Of a stretch of DNA of 64,000 bases, positions 46,545 through 55,296 are shown piece by piece. The stretch is taken from contig JBNMIH010000003.1 of assembly GCA_050873165.1 (NCBI GenBank), positions 34,334-98,333 on the forward strand. Direction: 5' to 3'. The stretch's first letter is position 1; the number at the start of each line of letters is the position of its first letter. This DNA comes from Faecousia sp. GTDB lineage: Bacteria; Bacillota; Clostridia; Oscillospirales; Oscillospiraceae. Under the pieces are notes generated by a model. It was not told the DNA's origin, did no database searches, and saw nothing but the letters and a program-made list of their open reading frames with translations. The position numbers were made by a program, and so were the translations under genes.

Positions 46545-48478
46545 GTGTACGGGTTGCAAAAAGTGCGGGCTTCTGCTTCGGTGTCAGCCGTGCCGTAGAG
46601 CTGGTGCAGAAGGCCGCGGCGGAGGGAAAGCGGACCCTGACCCTGGGGCCCATCATCCACAACCGCCATGTGGTGGAGCAGTTCACTGCTGCCGGGGTCC
46701 GGGTCATCGACACCCCTGAGGAGGCGGGACCCGGGGATACGGTGGTGATCCGCTCCCACGGCGTCAGCCGGGATGTGTATAAGCGGCTGGAAAACACCGG
46801 GGCGGAGATCATCGATGCTACCTGCCCCTTCGTCAAGCGCATCCACGGTCTTGTGAGTCAGGCGGAGGAAGAGGGGCGGCTGCCCATTATCATCGGCACC
46901 CCGACCCACCCAGAGGTGGAGGGAATTGCCGGCTGGTGCAGCGACTGTCGGATCTTTGATAGTGCAGATGCACTAAAAAAATGGGTCCAGGACGAAAGAA
47001 TTGGTGCGGATACGCCAATTTGCATGGTTTCGCAGACAACATCCACCGAAAGTTTGTGGAAATTATGCAGAAATTTTGCAAAAAAACAGTTTACTAACTT
47101 GAAATTATTTGATACAATATGTAAAGCGACTGAGGATAGGCAGACCGAGGCGGCTTCGTTAAGCCGCAAATGTCAGGCTATGGTCGTAGTGGGGGACGCG
47201 AAGAGTTCCAACACCGGCCGGCTTGCCATGATCTGCCGCGAATACTGCGACCGTGTAGCTCTTGTTGACGATGCCAGCGAACTGGAGCCCGCGTTTTTCG
47301 CCGGTATCACTGATGTTGGAATCACGGCTGGTGCGTCCACACCGGCGTGGATTATAAAGGAGGTCAACAAGACTATGAGCGAAATTACCAATGCTGAGGC
47401 TGTGCAGGAGGAGAACTTTGCCGAACTTCTCGAGCAGTCCATCAAGACTTTAAATACAGGAGATAAGGTTATCGGCACCGTTACCGGGATCGGCAATACC
47501 GAGATTCAGGTAGACCTGGGCACCAAGCATGCCGGTTACATTCCCTATGATGAAGTCAGCAACGATCCTTCCGTCAAGCCCGAGGATATCCTGAAGGTTG
47601 GCGACGAGATCGAGGTCTTCGTGGTTCGTGTGAACGACCAGGAGGGCACTGTGCAGCTGTCCAAGAAGAAGCTGGACGGCCTGAAGGTTTGGGACGAGAT
47701 GGCTGACTACGTGGAGAACAAGACCACCATCGATGCCGTCATTACCGAAGAGAACAAGGGCGGCCTGGTTGCCAATGTGAAGGGTGTCCGGGTGTTCATC
47801 CCCGCTTCCCAGTCCGGCATTGCCAAGGGCGGCGATATGGCCGGTATGGTCGGCAAGCCCGTGCAGCTGAAGATCACCGAGGTCAATCGTGCCCGCCGCC
47901 GCGCCATCGGCTCCATTCGTGCCGTGAACGCGGAAGCCCGCAAGGCTGCCCAGGAGAAGATCTGGAGCGAGATCGAGGTCGGCAAGAAGTACCACGGTGT
48001 GGTCAAGTCCCTGACCTCCTACGGTGCCTTCGTGGACATCGGCGGCGTGGACGGCATGGTCCATGTGTCCGAGCTGAGCTGGAACCGGATCAAGACTCCT
48101 GCTGACGTTGTGAAGGTCGGCGACGAGATCGACGTTTACGTCATCTCCTTCGACCCCGAGAAGCACAAGATTTCTCTGGGCTACAAGACCGACGCCATGA
48201 ACCCCTGGAATCAGTTCATGACCAACTACAATGTTGGTGATGTTGTGGATGCTAAGGTTGTCAAGCTGATGACCTTCGGCGCCTTCGCCGAGATCCTGCC
48301 CGGCGTGGACGGCCTGATCCACATCTCCCAGATCGCTGACCGCCGCATCGGCAAGCCCGAGGATGTCCTGTCCGAGGGTCAGGATGTGAAGGTCAAGATC
48401 ACCGACATCGACGCCGAGAACAAGCGTATCTCCCTGTCCATCCGCGCTCTGCTGGAGGACGGCGAGGACGCCGAGTAA
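46541..48478 (+). CDS. ispH-rpsA: IspH (LytB)-ribosomal protein S1 fusion
   Basis: GFCFGV, DATCPFV, TIC.AT, TAGASTP, then four S1 domains. Confidence 0.95.
   Translation: MSVRVAKSAGFCFGVSRAVELVQKAAAEGKRTLTLGPIIHNRHVVEQFTAAGVRVIDTPEEAGPGDTVVIRSHGVSRDVYKRLENTGAEIIDATCPFVKRIHGLVSQAEEEGRLPIIIGTPTHPEVEGIAGWCSDCRIFDSADALKKWVQDERIGADTPICMVSQTTSTESLWKLCRNFAKKQFTNLKLFDTICKATEDRQTEAASLSRKCQAMVVVGDAKSSNTGRLAMICREYCDRVALVDDASELEPAFFAGITDVGITAGASTPAWIIKEVNKTMSEITNAEAVQEENFAELLEQSIKTLNTGDKVIGTVTGIGNTEIQVDLGTKHAGYIPYDEVSNDPSVKPEDILKVGDEIEVFVVRVNDQEGTVQLSKKKLDGLKVWDEMADYVENKTTIDAVITEENKGGLVANVKGVRVFIPASQSGIAKGGDMAGMVGKPVQLKITEVNRARRRAIGSIRAVNAEARKAAQEKIWSEIEVGKKYHGVVKSLTSYGAFVDIGGVDGMVHVSELSWNRIKTPADVVKVGDEIDVYVISFDPEKHKISLGYKTDAMNPWNQFMTNYNVGDVVDAKVVKLMTFGAFAEILPGVDGLIHISQIADRRIGKPEDVLSEGQDVKVKITDIDAENKRISLSIRALLEDGEDAE
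47090..47118 (+). promoter_or_regulatory. Candidate intragenic sigmaA promoter for the S1 moiety
   Basis: TTTACT-N17-TACAAT with extended -10 TG, in an AT-rich patch. Confidence 0.55.
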
Positions 48479-48547
48479 TTAAGGCTCAATAAAAAATACC
48501 GGGGTAGTCTGTCTGCCCCGGTATTTTGAATATAAAGGAGAATACAA

Positions 48548-48829
48548 ATGGTCAAACACATCATTTTCTTCACCCTGAAGGAAGACGCGGACAAGGACGC
48601 CGTCATTGCCGCTGCGGAAAAGGCCCTGACGCCCTTGGTTGGTCAAATCCCGGGCCTTACCAAGATGGAAGTGCAAAAGTGCTTCTCCGGCCCTGACTTT
48701 GTACTCTATTCCGAGCTGGAAAGCAGGGAGGCCCTGGCCGGCTATGCCGATCATCCCGCCCATATCGAGGCCAAGAGCCATTTCTTCCCCTGGGTCCAGG
48801 CAAGAGTGGCTGCTGATTACGAAGTATAA
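48548..48829 (+). CDS. Dabb (stress-responsive A/B barrel) protein
   Basis: MVKHIIFF, IPGL, Y..HPAH, ADYE. Confidence 0.85.
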   Translation: MVKHIIFFTLKEDADKDAVIAAAEKALTPLVGQIPGLTKMEVQKCFSGPDFVLYSELESREALAGYADHPAHIEAKSHFFPWVQARVAADYEV

Positions 48830-48841
48830 GGAGAGAGAAAT

Positions 48842-49111
48842 ATGAAAGCAATCGTTACCGTTGTGGGCCAGGACCGGGTGGGCATCATTGCCGCCGTGTG
48901 CGCCAAGCTGGCGGAATTCAACGTCAATGTTCTGGATATCAGCCAGACTGTTATGCAGGGCTATTTCACCATGATGATGGCCACGGAGGTCTCCGGCTGC
49001 AATGTGCCCCTGGCAGAGCTGGCCCAGAGAATGGACGAACTGGGGGTTTCCATGGGCCTGTCCATCCGGGTCCAGCGGGAGGACATTTTCCAGTCCATGC
49101 ACCGGATTTGA
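48842..49111 (+). CDS. ACT domain protein (UPF0237)
   Basis: [25 protein letters not shown]. Confidence 0.9.
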   Translation: MKAIVTVVGQDRVGIIAAVCAKLAEFNVNVLDISQTVMQGYFTMMMATEVSGCNVPLAELAQRMDELGVSMGLSIRVQREDIFQSMHRI

Positions 49112-49121
49112 GGAGAAGAAC

Positions 49122-50480
49122 ATGCTGGATCAAAAGGATATTCTGTCCACACTGGACATGATCGACAATCAGCACCTGGACATCCGGACCATCACCATGG
49201 GCATCAGCCTCTTAGACTGCGCGGACCCGGATTTAAGCAAGTGCTGTGAAAAAATCTACAACAAAATTACCCGCTGTGCCAAGGACCTGGTAAAAGTCGG
49301 CAAGGACATTGAGGCGGAGTTCGGCATCCCCATTGTCAATAAACGGATTTCCGTTACCCCCATCTCCCTGGTGGCTGCCGCCTGCCAGACAGACAGCTAC
49401 GTAGAAATTGCCAAGACCCTGGACAGGGCTGCTAAGACCTGCGGTGTCAACTTCATCGGCGGCTTCTCGGCGCTGGTCCAGAAGGGCTGCACGGAAAGCG
49501 ACTGGAAACTGATCCGGTCCATCCCCGAAGCCATGGCCTACACTGATATGGTCTGCTCCAGCGTCAACGTGGGTTCCACCAAGGCTGGCATCAACATGGA
49601 CGCTGTAGCCGAAATGGGCCGCATCGTCAAGAAAACCGCCGAGCTGACGAAAGAGAACGACTGCCTGGGCTGCGCCAAGCTGGTGGTGTTTGCCAACGCT
49701 GTAGAGGACAATCCCTTTATGGCCGGCGCTTTCCATGGGGTAGGGGAGCCGGAGTGCGTCATCAATGTGGGCGTGTCCGGCCCCGGCGTGGTGTATCACG
49801 CGCTCCAGAGCGTCAAGGGCCAGCCCTTTGATGTGGTGGCCGAGACCGTGAAGAAGACCGCCTTCCGGATCACCCGTATGGGCCAGCTGGTGGGCGTAGA
49901 AGCCTCGAAAAGGCTGGGGGTGCCATTCGGTATTGTGGACCTGAGCCTGGCGCCTACGCCCGCCATCGGCGACAGCGTGGCCCGGATCCTGGAGGAGATG
50001 GGCTTGGAGGTCTGCGGCACCCACGGCACCACTGCCGCCCTGGCTCTCCTCAATGACGCCGTGAAGAAGGGCGGCGTCATGGCCTCCAACCATGTGGGCG
50101 GCCTAAGTGGCGCTTTCATCCCCGTGTCTGAGGATGAGGGCATGATCGCAGCCGCCGAGCAGGGCACCCTTCAGCTGGACAAGCTGGAGGCCATGACCTG
50201 CGTGTGTTCTGTAGGTCTGGACATGATCGCGGTTCCCGGCGATACCAGCGCCGCTACCATCTCCGCCATTATCGCAGACGAAGCGGCCATCGGCATGGTC
50301 AATACCAAGACCACCGCCGTCCGTATCATCCCCGCCCTGGGCAAGTCCTTCGGCGACCGGGTGGAAATGGGCGGCCTGCTGGGCTCTGCTCCCATTATGC
50401 CCGTCCACAAAGAGGGCAGCGAAGCCTTTATCGCCCGGGGCGGAAGGATCCCGGCACCGCTGCAGAGCCTGAGGAATTAA
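49122..50480 (+). CDS. UPF0210/DUF711 PFL-like family protein
   Basis: [29 protein letters not shown]. Confidence 0.92.
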   Translation: MLDQKDILSTLDMIDNQHLDIRTITMGISLLDCADPDLSKCCEKIYNKITRCAKDLVKVGKDIEAEFGIPIVNKRISVTPISLVAAACQTDSYVEIAKTLDRAAKTCGVNFIGGFSALVQKGCTESDWKLIRSIPEAMAYTDMVCSSVNVGSTKAGINMDAVAEMGRIVKKTAELTKENDCLGCAKLVVFANAVEDNPFMAGAFHGVGEPECVINVGVSGPGVVYHALQSVKGQPFDVVAETVKKTAFRITRMGQLVGVEASKRLGVPFGIVDLSLAPTPAIGDSVARILEEMGLEVCGTHGTTAALALLNDAVKKGGVMASNHVGGLSGAFIPVSEDEGMIAAAEQGTLQLDKLEAMTCVCSVGLDMIAVPGDTSAATISAIIADEAAIGMVNTKTTAVRIIPALGKSFGDRVEMGGLLGSAPIMPVHKEGSEAFIARGGRIPAPLQSLRN

Positions 50481-50527
50481 ATCCCCAAGAAAATGTCCCC
50501 GAAGGCAGCGCCTTCGGGGATCGTTTC

Positions 50528-51418
50528 TTATAGGGCATGCCCCAGCAGATACCAGATGATGAGAAATCCGGGAAGCAGCGGCAGATAGGCGGGGAGGGCT
50601 GACGGACTGATGTGGATGATCAGAAAATTGAAGTGGTCCATGGCGTAGAATACGCCGCAGAGGATGGCGGTGGACAGCACGGACTTGGTCAGCTGCTTGC
50701 CAATGTGGCTGGAGAAGAAGAAGGTGTAGAGAGCCCCCAATATGGGGTTCATCACCGTCAGGAAGATGCCCAGTACCAGCTTGAAGACACCCAGCAGCAT
50801 ACAGCCCAGCAGTACCACCAGCAGCACGGCGGGGGCGTGGTACACGAGCAAAGTGGGCAGATACTTATTGATGGCCCAGTTGGCAACCAGGTGGAGCCCC
50901 ATGGCCAGCACGACGCTCAAAAACCGGGACAGGAACCAGGTGACGGGGCTTTCGCCCTCTGGCAGGATGGAGTCCATCAGGTTTACGACAAAAGCAAGAA
51001 TGAGCAAAGAAAGGATCTGTCCGCAGAGTGTCTCAAAGGATGTCCCATGGAAGGGGAGTACGAACAGGTATTCTTTGACGAAGGTGACAAAGGGCAGGGG
51101 GGTGAGGAGCTTCTCCAGCCCTGCAGGCTGGAAGGCGTAGACAATGACCGTGATGACATATACCGTCAGAATACCGGCAGAGGAGGACATGGCGTGGTTA
51201 AGGTCCGACCGGTTGCCAAAGAGCACCTTGGTAAGCAGTCCAACGCCCAAAAGGGCAGCGGCAAAGATGAGAATAAATTTGAAGGAGGACCCAATGTCAA
51301 AATCCTTTGGAATGGCCGAGGCGGCGGCTGTAAGGAGTTTACTGATGTCCTCCGGGATCATACCCGAAGCGGCACCCCAAAGGGCGCTGAGCTCCTGTGT
51401 GAGGCTTGTAATGTCCAT
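50528..51418 (-). CDS. Multi-pass membrane protein of unknown function
   Basis: About eight hydrophobic segments. Confidence 0.7.
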   Translation of the reverse strand: MDITSLTQELSALWGAASGMIPEDISKLLTAAASAIPKDFDIGSSFKFILIFAAALLGVGLLTKVLFGNRSDLNHAMSSSAGILTVYVITVIVYAFQPAGLEKLLTPLPFVTFVKEYLFVLPFHGTSFETLCGQILSLLILAFVVNLMDSILPEGESPVTWFLSRFLSVVLAMGLHLVANWAINKYLPTLLVYHAPAVLLVVLLGCMLLGVFKLVLGIFLTVMNPILGALYTFFFSSHIGKQLTKSVLSTAILCGVFYAMDHFNFLIIHISPSALPAYLPLLPGFLIIWYLLGHAL

Positions 51419-51529
51419 AGAGTAACCTTTCTAGATAAGGAGTACGAATAGTATAGACGAAAAAATGGGAACAAATACCAAAAAACCTCCGCCGAAAACG
51501 GCGGAGGTAAATAGCCATTTCGAGATAAC

Positions 51530-51904
51530 TTACTTGATCTCGGCCTCGGCGCCGGCTTCCTTCAGCTCGGCAACCAGCTTCTCGGCATCTTCCTTGGAGA
51601 TGGCTTCCTTCAGGGTCTTGGGGCAGTTGTCCACCAGATCCTTGGCGTCCTTCAGGCCCAGGCCGGTAGCGGCACGAACGACCTTGATGACACCCAGCTT
51701 GGAAGCGCCGGCGTTCTTCAGGATAACGTCGAACTCGGTCTTCTCCTCAACCTCAGCAACAGCGCCGGCAGCGGGAGCAGCAACAGCAGCAGCAGCGGCG
51801 GAAACACCGAACACATCCTCCAGGGTGTGGACCAGCTCGGACAGCTCCAGAACGGTCAGACCCTTAACTTCCTCAACGAGAGCAGTGACTTTTTCACTAG
51901 CCAT
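51530..51904 (-). CDS. rplL: 50S ribosomal protein L7/L12
   Basis: [16 protein letters not shown]. Confidence 0.98.
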   Translation of the reverse strand: MASEKVTALVEEVKGLTVLELSELVHTLEDVFGVSAAAAAVAAPAAGAVAEVEEKTEFDVILKNAGASKLGVIKVVRAATGLGLKDAKDLVDNCPKTLKEAISKEDAEKLVAELKEAGAEAEIK

Positions 51905-51956
51905 GGTAATAATCCTCCTAAAAAGTAGATTGTAGTTTGATTTTTAATGGACGAAC

Positions 51957-52478
51957 TTAGGCTTCTGCGGTAGCAGGAGCGCCGCCTTCCTTCTGCTCCC
52001 GGATCTGATCCAGGACGAAAGCCAGGCTGGAGATAGGTGCCAGGAAGGTACCCAGAACGGAAGCCACCAGAGCATTCTTGCTGGGCAGCTCACCGAATCC
52101 ATTGAGCTGGTCGGCAGACAGGACGGAGCCTTCTACCACGCCGCCCTTGATGGACAGGGTGTTCTTGTTCTTCTTGGCAAACTCGCAGACGATACGAGCA
52201 GGGGCGATGGGGTCGCCGGTGGTGGAAGCCATAGCGGTAGTACCGTTCAGAATCTCGGCAAAGTCGTAGCCAGCATCCTTGGCAGCGAAATTGGTCAGGG
52301 TATTCTTGACAACGGAGTACTCAACACCAGCTTCACGGAACTGCTTACGCAGCTCGGTATCCTGAGCAACCGTGATACCCTTGTAGTCGACGAAAACCAC
52401 GGAAGAAGCTTCCTTGATCTTACCGGACAGAGTGGCAACAACGGCCTTCTTGCTCTCAAGAACCTTAGCGTTGGGCAT
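51957..52478 (-). CDS. rplJ: 50S ribosomal protein L10
   Basis: DYKGITV, VVKNTL, LPSK. Confidence 0.96.
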   Translation of the reverse strand: MPNAKVLESKKAVVATLSGKIKEASSVVFVDYKGITVAQDTELRKQFREAGVEYSVVKNTLTNFAAKDAGYDFAEILNGTTAMASTTGDPIAPARIVCEFAKKNKNTLSIKGGVVEGSVLSADQLNGFGELPSKNALVASVLGTFLAPISSLAFVLDQIREQKEGGAPATAEA

Positions 52479-52489
52479 AATTTTCACCT

Positions 52490-52597
52490 CCGAAAAAATA
52501 AAAATATCTTCCTGCCAAAGAGCAGAAAGATACGAAGAAATTCTATTCAACGCACCTCGGCAGGATTTAGGTTTGTACCTGCTGTCTTTGGCAACTC
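52490..52597 (-). promoter_or_regulatory. L10 leader (autoregulatory RNA)
   Basis: Minus strand AAAGACAGCAGG...CCTGCCGAGG kink-turn motif followed by a terminator-like stem. Confidence 0.8.
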
Positions 52598-52601
52598 CCA
52601 C

Positions 52602-52630
52602 AGTATAGCATGTGGAAAGGGATTTGTCAA
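52602..52630 (-). promoter_or_regulatory. sigmaA promoter for rplJL
   Basis: TTGACA-N17-TATACT. Confidence 0.8.
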
Positions 52631-52649
52631 GAAGTTTTTTGAAAGGAAA

Positions 52650-52720
52650 TAAGAATTTAGCGTTCTAAAATAACGCTGGCTCGCAACGACACGGCGTTAT
52701 TTCAGGCCGCTAAATTCTTA
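52650..52720. repeat. Long imperfect palindrome (MITE-like or terminator)
   Basis: TAAGAATTTAGCG...CGCTAAATTCTTA 13-bp terminal inverted repeats with an inner AAATAACGC/GCGTTATTT stem. Confidence 0.7.
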
Positions 52721-52721
52721 G

Positions 52722-53576
52722 TTACCTCCACAACACATAGAAAATCAACCAATTCAGAATCCCGATCACCGCAATATGCGCGGGATAGAACCAATAGAAA
52801 AACATCTTCATATTCTTCTCCCCCCGCTTGCCGTTATACAGCAGGATCAAGGCAATAGAGAGGAGGAAGGACACCGGGTAATAAAATGGGTCAAACAGGA
52901 ATTTTGCGGCCAGCATGGCAATTATCTGGACAAGGCGGTTTTTCCGGGTCAGATAGGTGACGAGAATGAGAAACACTCCATAGCCCTCGTAATCGCCTTT
53001 CACGACAAATTCAGCCAGACAGCAGCTTAGCAGCGCTGCGGCGCACTGGGCCATAATGGCAAGGGGTTTCCGGCTGATCTTACCGGCCAGTTCCATGAGC
53101 CACAGCCCGCCCAGGGCGACGGTGAAGGTGAAGAATACATTCTGGTGGCCCCAGAAGAAAACAGAACCCTGTGCATAGCCCGAAAAGAAAGTCAGGTCGA
53201 AGGGAAGCTCGGAAATCAGAGCAAAGAGGAGAAGCCGCCCCAGGAATTTTCCCTTATTGCGGGTATGGGCGAAGCCCTCGGTAAAGGCAAAAGCAAAGAT
53301 GGGAAAGGCAATGGCTCCGATACCGCACAGCAGTGGGTCATAGATCCAGCGGAAGCGAAGAAATTTTTCGTAATTGAGCTGGCCGGAGGCGGCCATGGGA
53401 TTGATGATCCGGAAGGCCAGGGACTGGTAGAAAACCTTGGTAATATGGTCAATGAGCATACAGATGGCGGCGATCAGCTTCAGCTGGTTGTCATTAAGGC
53501 ACTGTATGCGGGCAAGCGGCCGTTCTGCCTTGGTAAGAAGCGGTTTCGTGGGCTGCGCCTCCTTTGCTGGATACAT
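52722..53576 (-). CDS. TraX family membrane acyltransferase-like protein
   Basis: LKLIAAICMLIDH, AFPIFAF..EGF.HT, SELPFD, NVFFT, YNGKRG, FFYWFYPAH. Confidence 0.88.
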   Translation of the reverse strand: MYPAKEAQPTKPLLTKAERPLARIQCLNDNQLKLIAAICMLIDHITKVFYQSLAFRIINPMAASGQLNYEKFLRFRWIYDPLLCGIGAIAFPIFAFAFTEGFAHTRNKGKFLGRLLLFALISELPFDLTFFSGYAQGSVFFWGHQNVFFTFTVALGGLWLMELAGKISRKPLAIMAQCAAALLSCCLAEFVVKGDYEGYGVFLILVTYLTRKNRLVQIIAMLAAKFLFDPFYYPVSFLLSIALILLYNGKRGEKNMKMFFYWFYPAHIAVIGILNWLIFYVLWR

Positions 53577-53591
53577 TCTGAATTGCAGGGA

Positions 53592-53846
53592 TTATTGGGA
53601 GCTGCCGATTGGGTAGACGATGCTGTAATCCTCGCTGGTGTACAGATAGGCATCGGAAAAGGCAATCTCCCGATACCCATCGTGAGGATTCATGGGAGCG
53701 GGGGAGAAGATCATATGCATTTGCAGGGGCTGGAACAGAAATTCTGCTGCAACCGGTTTTCCACCGTCTATTGTATAGCCAATGCCCAGCAGCAGAACCG
53801 CAGCAAGAATCAGGCCAATTATAAATAGAATTCTTCGTGGCTTCAT
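53592..53846 (-). CDS. Small exported or membrane-anchored hypothetical protein
   Basis: AAGGAGG RBS; N-terminal hydrophobic segment. Confidence 0.6.
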   Translation of the reverse strand: MKPRRILFIIGLILAAVLLLGIGYTIDGGKPVAAEFLFQPLQMHMIFSPAPMNPHDGYREIAFSDAYLYTSEDYSIVYPIGSSQ

Positions 53847-53922
53847 AAAAGTACCTCCTTTTAAGAGCTGTACCCCTAAATCCTTAGATTACCTACTGTT
53901 GTTGCCAGGAGGTCTTTGATAA

Positions 53923-54624
53923 TTATTCCGATGCAGAAATTATATCCCAGGGGGTAATGATACCTAGAAGTTTTTCCTTCGGCTTGCCGTTTTGTGTCAG
54001 GAATGTGAGCCCAACCCGCTTACCCCTCTTGAAATACCCTTCAATTTCACTTTCTAATTCCTCGACATAACTATCGATTTTAAAGAAAAGGAATTCTTCC
54101 ATTTCTCTGTCTTCCAATGATATGTAATTCCCGATGTTTCTAAATGATAGTTCGCTGTCAATTTCAATAATTTCCTCACTCGCTAGGTAATTGAATATTG
54201 AGTTTTCATCAAACACACCTATTACGGTTCCATTTTCCAAGATAGGTATATGCGTATACAAATTTCTACGCATGGCACTCATTGTTTCCTTAACATTACC
54301 ATCAATCGTTTGCCAATATATGTTATTCATTTTTACTTGAATATCAGAACATTTTGTTCGTCTTTTAATTCGTCCGATCAGGCTCTCAATAAACTCAATC
54401 ATCTGATTATTGGGTTCAACGGCAAAGCTGCTGTTGATTTTTTTCTTGTGGCTCAACAAATTCCTAACATCTTGGCAATATTTAATCTCTTCTTTGAACC
54501 TTTGATATTTAACCTGTTCGCTCAAATAGAAAGAAATCGAGTCATTATCCTTTAAATGATATGTGGAACGAACGACTTCTTCAAGTTGCTTGTACTTATC
54601 TATAAAGATTTCCGCATTACTCAT
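53923..54624 (-). CDS. CBS-pair protein with N-terminal HEPN-like domain
   Basis: Helical N-terminus with RNLLSH; CBS motifs YTHIPILENGTVIGVF and LLGIITPWDI; low GC. Confidence 0.75.
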   Translation of the reverse strand: MSNAEIFIDKYKQLEEVVRSTYHLKDNDSISFYLSEQVKYQRFKEEIKYCQDVRNLLSHKKKINSSFAVEPNNQMIEFIESLIGRIKRRTKCSDIQVKMNNIYWQTIDGNVKETMSAMRRNLYTHIPILENGTVIGVFDENSIFNYLASEEIIEIDSELSFRNIGNYISLEDREMEEFLFFKIDSYVEELESEIEGYFKRGKRVGLTFLTQNGKPKEKLLGIITPWDIISASE

Positions 54625-54855
54625 AATGAATCCTTTCTTTACTGAATAGGAAGTTAACTTTACAATGCCCAAACGACCGGTCATTCCGAGCCAGCCCGCA
54701 GACCGGGGAATCTTCTGGATATTCCGGTTGCCCGCGCGAGCAGCGCTGCCCGCCGCCCGCGTGGAGGGTGTTGCCCGCAGGCGACGGGGCGGAGGGGACG
54801 ACTATAGGCCCAGAGGAAGACTAAACAGGGGATAGTTCTTGTTACGTTGGAAACG

Positions 54856-55158
54856 TTATCGATTTTGATTTTTCTTACGTAAGACTTCTGCTGTGTACTG
54901 TAATAGGGCAACGTCTTCCTTGTCTAGACCAGATAAATCTAGTGATGAAATTGATTTACTATCGATACCAAGTAGGTAATCGGTTGAAACATGGAAAATA
55001 TTTGCTAATTTTATAAGAATTTCCGGAGAAGGTGTGCGTTCTGACAATTCATAGTACGAGATAACGCTTTTTGTTACACCGACTTTTGTTGCCAATTCTT
55101 TTTGTGTCAGTCCAGATTTTAGACGAAGTTCTTTTAGAATATTGCCAAAGTTAACCAT
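54856..55158 (-). CDS. XRE-family HTH regulator
   Basis: LKELR...LTQKELA...ISYYE...P...VSTDYLLG. Confidence 0.92.
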   Translation of the reverse strand: MVNFGNILKELRLKSGLTQKELATKVGVTKSVISYYELSERTPSPEILIKLANIFHVSTDYLLGIDSKSISSLDLSGLDKEDVALLQYTAEVLRKKNQNR

Positions 55159-55296
55159 TATAAATACTCCCAAACTGTATATAAGCCTTCATTCCATGAC
55201 AGTCTATCAAAAGAAAAGACGAAAAAGGTTGAAGAAAGTACTAAAATAGTTGACTGACAACGACGAATGTGATATTCTATGGAGGAGGTGAAGATT

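Noticed and set aside
46541-48478. The IspH-S1 fusion itself as a novelty
   Set aside because: This fusion is already known in Clostridia; only the internal promoter and start are reported
52722-53576. TraX as evidence of a conjugative element
   Set aside because: No relaxase, T4SS or pilin genes nearby; chromosomal TraX-like genes are common in Clostridia
54681-54911. 76-aa ORF between the XRE and CBS genes
   Set aside because: It reads through a GC-rich repeat-like patch, overlaps the XRE end and has no RBS
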